Shown here: positions 33,378 to 40,778 of the stretch, piece by piece
Numbering within the stretch: position 1 is the first letter of the stretch
Layout: the number at the start of each line of letters is the position of its first letter
Notes under the pieces: model-generated
Told to the model about the DNA's origin: nothing
Database searches by the model: none
What the model saw: only the letters and a program-made list of their open reading frames with translations
Translations under genes and position numbers: made by a program
Assembly (NCBI GenBank): GCA_964291215.2
Contig: OZ219791.1
Location: 64,001 to 128,000 of the forward strand
Length of the DNA: 64,000 nt
Direction of reading: 5' to 3'
Origin: Alphaproteobacteria bacterium
GTDB lineage: Bacteria > Pseudomonadota > Alphaproteobacteria > MPNO01 > UBA830

Positions 33378-33500
33378 GCTTGCCGCTCCCCAACGCTTCG
33401 CCTCACGACGCATGGTTCACGGAGGAAGTGGTGGTTAGCCTCTCTTCCTGCCGGGACTCTCACCCGGCGACATCCTACCAGTTAGCCTTGCGCTCCCACC

Positions 33501-34655
33501 ATGCCGAAAATCACCAAGAGAACCGTCGACGCCCTCGTCCCCGCCGAACGCGAGAGGGTCGTCTGGGACGACGACATCAAGAGCTTCGGCGTTCGCGCCC
33601 ATCCCTCGGGCCGCAAGGTCTATATCGTCAAGTACCGTCACGAAGGACGCGCCATCAAGACCTCCATCGGACCGCATGGCCCCATCACTCCGGCCGCCGC
33701 CAGGGCGCGCGCCGCGGAGATCGTCACCCTCGCCAGGACCGGGCGCGACCTCGAGGGCAGGATCCCGCGAAAGTCCGGCGGACCCACCATGGCCGACCTC
33801 GCCAAGCGTTTCATGGACGACTATGCCCCCGACCATCTCAAGCCCAGCACCGCCAGGCTCTACCGCGAAATCATCGACAAGCGCATTCTCCCCCGGCTCG
33901 GCAAGCGCCGGGTGGCCGATATCGGCCGGGCGGACGCCGCCGCCCTCCATCACGAGATGCGCGACGTTCCCGGCCACGCCAACCGCACCCTCGGCATCCT
34001 TTCCCGCATGCTGACCATGGCCGAGGTCTGGGAGATGCGCCCCGAGGGCGTCAACCCGTGCCGGTTCGTCAGGAAGTATCCCGAACACAAGCGCGAGCGG
34101 TTCCTGTCCGATGACGAGTACCGCCGCCTCGGCGCCGCGCTGCGCGATGCGGAGCGCGAGGGCTTCGCCTCGCCCGAGGCGGTCGCCGCGATCCGGTTGC
34201 TGATGCTGACCGGATGCCGAAGCGGCGAAATCCTCTCCCTGCGGTGGGACCATGTCGACCTCGACCGGGGCGAGTTGCGGTTGCCGGATTCGAAGACCGG
34301 AGCGAAGATCGTGCATCTCGGCGAACCCGCCGTCGCCGTGCTGCGCGGCATACGGCGCACCGGCGACGGCCCCTGGGTATTCCCCGGCCAGAAGCCGGGC
34401 GCCCATCTCGCCTTCCTGCACGGCCCATGGCATCGCATCCTGAAGCGCGCCGGCATCAAGGATCTGCGCATCCATGACCTCCGCCACAGCTTTGCCAGCG
34501 GCGGTCTGCTGGTCGGCAAGGGCCTGCCGATGATCGGCAAGCTGCTCGGACACAACAAGGTCCAGACGATCGCCCGCTATGCCCATCTCGCCAACGATCC
34601 CGTCAAGTCCGCCGCCAACAGGATCGCCACCAGAATCGCCGAGGTCGCGGGGTGA
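33501..34655 (+). CDS. Tyrosine recombinase / integrase with N-terminal arm-binding domain
   Basis: LTGCRSGEI, HDLRHSFAS, LLGH...RYAH catalytic residues; intact 384 aa. Confidence 0.93.
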   Translation: MPKITKRTVDALVPAERERVVWDDDIKSFGVRAHPSGRKVYIVKYRHEGRAIKTSIGPHGPITPAAARARAAEIVTLARTGRDLEGRIPRKSGGPTMADLAKRFMDDYAPDHLKPSTARLYREIIDKRILPRLGKRRVADIGRADAAALHHEMRDVPGHANRTLGILSRMLTMAEVWEMRPEGVNPCRFVRKYPEHKRERFLSDDEYRRLGAALRDAEREGFASPEAVAAIRLLMLTGCRSGEILSLRWDHVDLDRGELRLPDSKTGAKIVHLGEPAVAVLRGIRRTGDGPWVFPGQKPGAHLAFLHGPWHRILKRAGIKDLRIHDLRHSFASGGLLVGKGLPMIGKLLGHNKVQTIARYAHLANDPVKSAANRIATRIAEVAG

Positions 34656-35003
34656 TATCGTCTTCCCGCCAAGTGTGGACTTCTGCCTCAGGGATGGAGG
34701 CTCAGCTCATGATACGCTTAGCTTGAGTGGGGATCAGGTAAAAAATTACAACGAGTTGGCGCCATACACGCGCAATCCTGCGCAGGGCTGCGTCAGGCCA
34801 TGACCTGTCTCCGACGGAGACGGCCCTCAGACGAATACCGTGGTACCGGCAGGCGAGAAAAAGCCGGTTCGGCAGGTCGTCGCTAGGCCGGCGATGCGCA
34901 CGTCGCGCTGCTTGGTGCCTCCTCAAGACGGACATAGCGCAGTTTCGCCGAGCAGAGCATGGGGGTATGTTTCGGCGGAGTGGCATTCTTGCTGGAGGGC
35001 AGC

Positions 35004-36986
35004 TTGAACAATGCCGACCTGAACTGGATCGCGAACTACATCTGGAGCATTGCGGACGATGTGCTGCGCGACCTCTATGTGCGCGGCAAGTATCGCGACG
35101 TGATCCTGCCCATGACGGTGCTGCGCCGCCTCGATGCGGTGCTGGAAGACGACAAGCAGGCCGTCCTCGACATGAAGGCCGCGCTCGACGGGGCCGGTGT
35201 GGTCGAACAGGACGCCGCCTTGCGCCAGGCCGCGGGCCAAGCTTTCTACAATAGCTCACCGTTCTCCCTGCGCGACCTGCGCGCCCGCTCCAATCCGCAG
35301 CAGTTGAGGGCTGATTTCGAAGCCTGGCTCGACGGCTTCTCGCCCAATGTGCAGGACATTCTCGACAGCTTCGAATTCCGCAACCAGATCCCGCGCCTCG
35401 TGAAGGCCGACGCGCTGGGCGCGTTGATCGAGAAGCTCACTTCTCCGGACGTCAACCTGAGCCCTGCCCCGATCAGGGACGGCGACGGCGCCGTCCGCCG
35501 CCCCGGCCTCGACAACCACGGCATGGGCACGATTTTCGAAGAACTGGTGCGCCGCTTCAACGAGGAGAACAACGAGGAAGCCGGCGAACACTGGACCCCC
35601 AGGGACGCCGTGCGCCTGATGGCGAAGCTCGTGTTCCTGCCCGTCGCCGACAAGATCGAGTCCGGCACCTACCTGCTCTATGACGGCGCCTGCGGCACCG
35701 GCGGCATGCTGACAGTAGCCGAGGAGACCCTGCAGGAGCTTGCAGCCGAACGCGGCAAGCAGGTCTCCACCCACCTCTACGGCCAGGAAATCAACGCCGA
35801 GACCTGCGCCATCTGCAAGGCCGACCTGCTGCTCAAGGGCGAGGGCGAAGCAGCCGACAACATCGCGGGCGGCCCGGAACATTCCACGCTCGCCAACGAT
35901 GCCTTCCCGTCCCGCGAGTTCGACTTCATGCTGTCCAATCCGCCCTACGGCAAGAGCTGGAAGACCGATCTCGAACGCATGGGCGGCAAGCAGGGAATGC
36001 GTGACCCGCGTTTCCTGATCGAACACGGCGGTGACCCGGAATATTCGCTGGTCACCCGCGTGAGTGACGGCCAGATGCTGTTCCTCGCCAACAAGCTCTC
36101 CAAGATGAAGCGGAGCACACCGCTCGGCAGCCGCATTGCAGAGGTGCACAACGGCAGTTCGCTGTTTACGGGCGACGCGGGCCAGGGCGAGAGCAACATC
36201 CGCCGCTGGATTATCGAGAACGACTGGCTGGAGGCCATCGTCGCCCTGCCGCTCAACCTGTTCTACAACACCGGCATCGCCACCTATGTGTGGGTGCTGA
36301 CCAACCGCAAGCCCGAACATCGGCGCGGCAAGGTGCAGTTGATCGACGCCACCGGCTGGCATCGCCCCTTGCGCAAGAATCTCGGCAAGAAGAACTGCGA
36401 ACTCGGCGAGGACGACATCGGGCGCATCTGCGACACCTTCCTCGCCTTCGAGGAAAGCGAGCAGAGCCGGATTTTCGACAACGCTGCCTTCGGCTACTGG
36501 AAGGTCACGGTCGAGCGGCCCTTGCGCATCGAGGGCATCGATCCGGGTTTTGCTTACAAGGCGTCCGAGATCAAGCTGCTCAAGGAGCACGGCACGCGGA
36601 GCGAGGCCGCCCCGCCTGTCATCCGGCAGATTCACATGCGGGGGACGGAACCCGACCCGCTGCGCGGCCTGTTTGAAACCACCGTCGAAGGCTGCTCGGC
36701 CATTGTGGAGTATGAGCCCGACACCGAGTTGCGCGATACCGAACAGATACCGCTTCAGGAGGATGGCGGCATCGAGGGGTTCTTCCGTCGCGAGGTCCTG
36801 CCCTATGCCGGCGACGCCTGGTATCGGGAGGACAGCGTCAAGACCGGCTACGAGATCAGCTTCAACCGCTACTTCTACAAACCGCAGCCGATGCGCTCGC
36901 TGGAGGAGATACGAGCCGACATCCTCGCGCTGGAGACGGAGGCCGAGGGGTTGCTCGACTCTATCATTGGCAAGGCCGACTCATGA
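35004..36986 (+). CDS. hsdM: Type I R-M methyltransferase subunit
   Basis: IWSIADDVLR, YDGACGTGGML, NPPY, FYNTGIATY; TTG start after GGAGG. Confidence 0.93.
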   Translation: MNNADLNWIANYIWSIADDVLRDLYVRGKYRDVILPMTVLRRLDAVLEDDKQAVLDMKAALDGAGVVEQDAALRQAAGQAFYNSSPFSLRDLRARSNPQQLRADFEAWLDGFSPNVQDILDSFEFRNQIPRLVKADALGALIEKLTSPDVNLSPAPIRDGDGAVRRPGLDNHGMGTIFEELVRRFNEENNEEAGEHWTPRDAVRLMAKLVFLPVADKIESGTYLLYDGACGTGGMLTVAEETLQELAAERGKQVSTHLYGQEINAETCAICKADLLLKGEGEAADNIAGGPEHSTLANDAFPSREFDFMLSNPPYGKSWKTDLERMGGKQGMRDPRFLIEHGGDPEYSLVTRVSDGQMLFLANKLSKMKRSTPLGSRIAEVHNGSSLFTGDAGQGESNIRRWIIENDWLEAIVALPLNLFYNTGIATYVWVLTNRKPEHRRGKVQLIDATGWHRPLRKNLGKKNCELGEDDIGRICDTFLAFEESEQSRIFDNAAFGYWKVTVERPLRIEGIDPGFAYKASEIKLLKEHGTRSEAAPPVIRQIHMRGTEPDPLRGLFETTVEGCSAIVEYEPDTELRDTEQIPLQEDGGIEGFFRREVLPYAGDAWYREDSVKTGYEISFNRYFYKPQPMRSLEEIRADILALETEAEGLLDSIIGKADS

Positions 36987-38371
36987 TTGACGGCGTCACG
37001 CCTTATCCGGCCTACAAGCCCTCCGGCATCGAGTGGCTGGGGGATGTGCCGGCGCATTGGGAAATTGAACGACTCAAATCCTCGGTGAAAAATGTTGTGG
37101 AGCATACAGCTGATCATAGTAAGGCAGGCCCTATCATCGCTTTGGAGAATGTAAAGAGCTGGACCGGTGGCATCAACGGCACCGCTTCAACTCCTTCATT
37201 TGACAGCCAATTAAAGCGCTTTCGGGCTGGCGATGTGCTGTTCGGCAAACTTCGTCCTTATTTGGCGAAGGTTGCCCGCTTGACGACAGACGGTCTTTGC
37301 GTCGGCGAGTTTCTGGTTCTTCGGCCCCGCCACGGGAACATCATGGAAGCGCACCTTGAGCACCTTTTCCGATCAAAGCCGATCATTGATACGATAAACA
37401 GTTCGACATTCGGGGCGAGGATGCCCCGTGCGGATTGGCAATTCATTGGAAGAATGCCGATCCCTTTCCCACCCCTTCCCGAACAAGCCGCCATCGCCCG
37501 CTTTCTCGACCACATGGACCGGCGCATCACCCGCTGCATCAGCGCGAAGGAGAAGCTGATCGCGCTGCTGGAGGAATACAGGCAGGCCGTTGTCAGCGAG
37601 GCCGTGACCGGCCGGTTTGACGTGCGCACCGGCAAGCCCTACCCGGCCTACAAGCCCTCCGGCATCGAGTGGCTGGGGGATGTGCCGGCGCATTGGGAAA
37701 TTGAACGACTCAAATCCTCGGTGAAAAATGTTGTGGAGCAGACAGCTGATCATAGTAAGGCAGGCCCTATCATCGCTTTGGAGAATGTAAAGAGCTGGAC
37801 CGGTGGCATCAACGGCACCGCTTCAACTCCTTCATTTGACAGCCAATTAAAGCGCTTTCGGGCTGGCGATGTGCTGTTCGGCAAACTTCGTCCTTATTTG
37901 GCGAAGGTTGCCCGCTTGACGACAGACGGTCTTTGCGTCGGCGAGTTTCTGGTTCTTCGGCCCCGCCACGGGAACATCATGGAAGCGCACCTTGAGCACC
38001 TTTTCCGATCAAAGCCGATCATTGATACGATAAACAGTTCGACATTCGGGGCGAGGATGCCCCGTGCGGATTGGCAATTCATTGGAAGAATGCCGATCCC
38101 TTTCCCACCCCTTCCCGAACAAGCCGCCATCGCCCGCTTTCTCGACGGGAAGATCGAGAAGGTCCGGGAAGGCGTCGCCCGGGCGCAAGGCGAGATCGAC
38201 CTGCTGCGCGAGTGGCGCACCCGGCTGATCGCCGATGTCGTCACCGGCAAGCTCGACGTGCGCGTGGCGACAGCCGAACTGCCGGAGACCGCCCCCCTTG
38301 CACCCGCCGACGGGACGGATGCTCCGGCGGATGACGCGCCCGCCCCCGATTCCCCGGATCGGGCGGCGTAG
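36983..38371 (+). CDS. hsdS: Type I R-M specificity subunit with two near-identical TRDs
   Basis: YKPSGIEWLGDVPAHW and PPLPEQAAIARFLD repeats, coiled-coil spacers, VVTGK. Confidence 0.93.
   Translation: MIDGVTPYPAYKPSGIEWLGDVPAHWEIERLKSSVKNVVEHTADHSKAGPIIALENVKSWTGGINGTASTPSFDSQLKRFRAGDVLFGKLRPYLAKVARLTTDGLCVGEFLVLRPRHGNIMEAHLEHLFRSKPIIDTINSSTFGARMPRADWQFIGRMPIPFPPLPEQAAIARFLDHMDRRITRCISAKEKLIALLEEYRQAVVSEAVTGRFDVRTGKPYPAYKPSGIEWLGDVPAHWEIERLKSSVKNVVEQTADHSKAGPIIALENVKSWTGGINGTASTPSFDSQLKRFRAGDVLFGKLRPYLAKVARLTTDGLCVGEFLVLRPRHGNIMEAHLEHLFRSKPIIDTINSSTFGARMPRADWQFIGRMPIPFPPLPEQAAIARFLDGKIEKVREGVARAQGEIDLLREWRTRLIADVVTGKLDVRVATAELPETAPLAPADGTDAPADDAPAPDSPDRAA
37007..38146 (+). repeat. 504-bp direct repeat inside hsdS (37007-37510 and 37643-38146)
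   Basis: Offset 636 bp; one mismatch seen (T37105 vs G37741, His/Gln). Confidence 0.92.
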
Positions 38372-38380
38372 GCCAGCGGG

Positions 38381-39031
38381 TTGACCGTGCCGCCGCCCGC
38401 CGCGCCGAAGCTCTACCACATCGTCCATGTGGACCGGTTGTCGTCGATTGTTGCCGACGGCGGCCTCCGGTGCGATGCGGCACTTCAGGCGCAGCCGCGA
38501 CCGGGGACGACCATCGGCATGAACGCGATCAAGCAGCGACGTTTGACCAATCCACTGGAATGCCAGCCCGGGCTCAATGTCGGCGACTGCGTGCCGTTCT
38601 ATTTCTGTCCGCGTTCCGTCATGCTCTTTGTGATCCACAGGGGAAATCATGGCGAACTTGCGTATCGCGGTGGCCAGGATCCCATCGTGCATCTGGAGGC
38701 CGACCTGCGCGAAACGGTCGACTGGGCCGAGCGGAACGGGCGGCGGTGGGCTTTCACCCTGTCCAATGCAGGCTCCCGGTACTTCCAGGACCGGTGCAAC
38801 CTGGCGCGACTCGACGAGATCGACTGGGATGCCGTCGAGGCGCGGGATTGGCGCGCCCCCAAGATTAAGGAGAGCAAGCAGGCGGAGTTCCTTGTCGAGC
38901 GGTCTTTCTCCTGGACGCTGGTTCAGCGCGTCGGCGCGCGCACGTTCGCGGCCCGCGACCGGGCGGCGGAGGCCCTGCGCGCCGCCGCTCATCAGCCTGC
39001 TGTCACGGTTCGGCAGGCGTGGTATTATTGA
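38381..39031 (+). CDS. darT: DarT DNA ADP-ribosyltransferase toxin (DUF4433)
   Basis: LYHIVHVDRLSSI, VPFYFCPRSVML, KQAEFLV, WYY end. Confidence 0.88.
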   Translation: MTVPPPAAPKLYHIVHVDRLSSIVADGGLRCDAALQAQPRPGTTIGMNAIKQRRLTNPLECQPGLNVGDCVPFYFCPRSVMLFVIHRGNHGELAYRGGQDPIVHLEADLRETVDWAERNGRRWAFTLSNAGSRYFQDRCNLARLDEIDWDAVEARDWRAPKIKESKQAEFLVERSFSWTLVQRVGARTFAARDRAAEALRAAAHQPAVTVRQAWYY

Positions 39032-39049
39032 TGCTGCAAGGGGACAGCG

Positions 39050-40102
39050 ATGATCCGCTTCAAGACGGGTGATATCCTCGCCGAAGATGCCGATGCGCTG
39101 GTCAACACCGTCAACTGCGTCGGGGTGATGGGACGCGGGATCGCGCTCCAGTTCAAGAGGGCGTTTCCCGAGAATTTCCGCGCCTATGCCGAGGCCTGCA
39201 AGCGGGAGGAAGTCCACCCCGGCCGCATGTTCGTCTTCGAGACGGACGCGCTCACCAATCCGCGTTTCATCGTCAACTTCCCGACCAAGCGCCATTGGCG
39301 CGCCAACAGCCGGATCGAGGATATCGATGCCGGGCTAGACGATCTTGCACGGGTGATCCGCGAGCGCGGAATCCGTTCGATCGCGGTGCCGCCGCTCGGC
39401 AGCGGTCTCGGCGGTCTGGATTGGCGCGAGGTGCGGCCGCGCATCGAGGCGGCCCTGCGCGGCCTCGACAATCTGGATACCGTCGTCTTCGAGCCAGACG
39501 GCACACCGGCGCTGATGGCGCACAGCCGCGAAGTTCCGACGATGACGCCGGGGCGGGCCGCGCTGGTCGGGCTGATGAACCGCTATCTGAACGGCCTCCT
39601 CGATCCCTCCATCACCCTGCTGGAAGTCCACAAACTGTTGTACTTCATGCAGGTCGCGGGCGAGCCGCTGAGGCTCCGCTACACAAAGGCCCTCTACGGG
39701 CCTTATGCCGAGAATCTGCGCCATGTCCTCAACGCGCTGGAGGGACACTTCATAACCGACTACGGCGACGGTGGCGACCGGCCCGACAAGCTGCTGGAAA
39801 TCGTCCCCGGCGCGGTCGAGGACGCCACCGAGGTCCTGGACCGTTCCCCCACGACGCGGGAGCGTTTCGAGAGGGTCGCCGATCTAGTCGACGGGTTCGA
39901 ATCGGCTTTCGGCCTCGAGCTGCTCTCGACGGTGCATTGGGTTCTCGAACACGAGGCGCCAGCGTCGTCGGAAGAGGTTATCGCGACAACCTACGCCTGG
40001 AACGAGCGCAAGAAGAGGTTCTTTCCCCGGCAGATCGAGTTGGCGGTTGGCGTGCTGACCGAAAAGGGCTGGACCGCCGGCCTCCATGCCGCCCAGCCAT
40101 GA
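39050..40102 (+). CDS. darG: DarG macrodomain antitoxin
   Basis: ALVNTVNCVGVMGRGIALQFK, NFPTKRHW, PPLGSGLGGL, YGPYA, GLELLSTVHW. Confidence 0.92.
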   Translation: MIRFKTGDILAEDADALVNTVNCVGVMGRGIALQFKRAFPENFRAYAEACKREEVHPGRMFVFETDALTNPRFIVNFPTKRHWRANSRIEDIDAGLDDLARVIRERGIRSIAVPPLGSGLGGLDWREVRPRIEAALRGLDNLDTVVFEPDGTPALMAHSREVPTMTPGRAALVGLMNRYLNGLLDPSITLLEVHKLLYFMQVAGEPLRLRYTKALYGPYAENLRHVLNALEGHFITDYGDGGDRPDKLLEIVPGAVEDATEVLDRSPTTRERFERVADLVDGFESAFGLELLSTVHWVLEHEAPASSEEVIATTYAWNERKKRFFPRQIELAVGVLTEKGWTAGLHAAQP

Positions 40103-40226
40103 CCGCGGCTGCCGCAAGACAGGCTTCGAATGGACGGTTCAGCAAGGCGCCGGGCCGGGCGTTCCTTTTCACGCTGTCCTGGGTCAGGCCGAGGGCAGCG
40201 CCGCAAACCGGAAGGAGCTAACCGAG

Positions 40227-40454
40227 ATGACAGACTGGGAAACATGCCCGGCTGTGGAGCAGACGCCGGGGAAGGTCAGCGGTGCATGGGTTTTTGCCGG
40301 TACGCGGGTCCCGTTGTTCGCCCTTTACGAGAACCTCGCCAGCGGCGCCACGGTCGACGATTTCGTCGAGTGGTTTCCCGGTGTGGACAAGAAGAAGTTT
40401 CGCGCGGTGCTCGAACACGAAGCCCGGGCGTTGAGGACGGCGCTGGCGCGTTGA
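40227..40454 (+). CDS. DUF433 family protein (putative antitoxin)
   Basis: PGKVSGAWVFAGTRVP; RBS AAGGAG. Confidence 0.85.
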   Translation: MTDWETCPAVEQTPGKVSGAWVFAGTRVPLFALYENLASGATVDDFVEWFPGVDKKKFRAVLEHEARALRTALAR

Positions 40455-40777
40455 GACTCCTGCTCGACCAGGGAACGCCCGCGCCGCTGCGGCGTCATCT
40501 CCCGGCGCATTCCGTGGACACGCTGGCCGAGAAGGGCTGGTCCGACAAGGACAACGGCGAGTTGCTCGAACTGGCGGAGCGGGAAGGATACGAAATTCTC
40601 GTCACGACCGATCAGAGCCTTCGCTATCGGCAGAATCTGGAAGGCAGGAAGATCGGCATCGTCATTCTGCTTTCGACCAACTGGACGGCGATCAGCCGTC
40701 ATGTGCTGGAGATTGGACAGGCGATCGCGGCAGTGCGGCCGGACAGGGTTGTCGAGGTGCCCATTCAGGCAAAATGA
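40451..40777 (+). CDS. PIN-like domain protein (DUF5615/VapC45-like, putative toxin)
   Basis: LLLDQG, DNGELL, LVTTDQ; coupled to DUF433. Confidence 0.8.
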   Translation: MRLLLDQGTPAPLRRHLPAHSVDTLAEKGWSDKDNGELLELAEREGYEILVTTDQSLRYRQNLEGRKIGIVILLSTNWTAISRHVLEIGQAIAAVRPDRVVEVPIQAK

Positions 40778-40778
40778 C

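Larger units (their letters stand above)
29488..33495 (-). mobile_element. ltrA: Group II intron with degenerate RT (copy 2), interrupted in its 5' domain by an ORF-less intron
   Basis: 3' end CCCTACCGCGAT at 29488, 5' end GAGCGCAAGG at 33495; IIVRYADDFVCGF; homologous to 9963-11611. Confidence 0.9.

Noticed and set aside
37007-38146. hsdS repeat as DGR template/variable pair or shufflon
   Set aside because: Single T/G mismatch, both copies in one ORF in direct orientation, no inverted silent cassettes in the window
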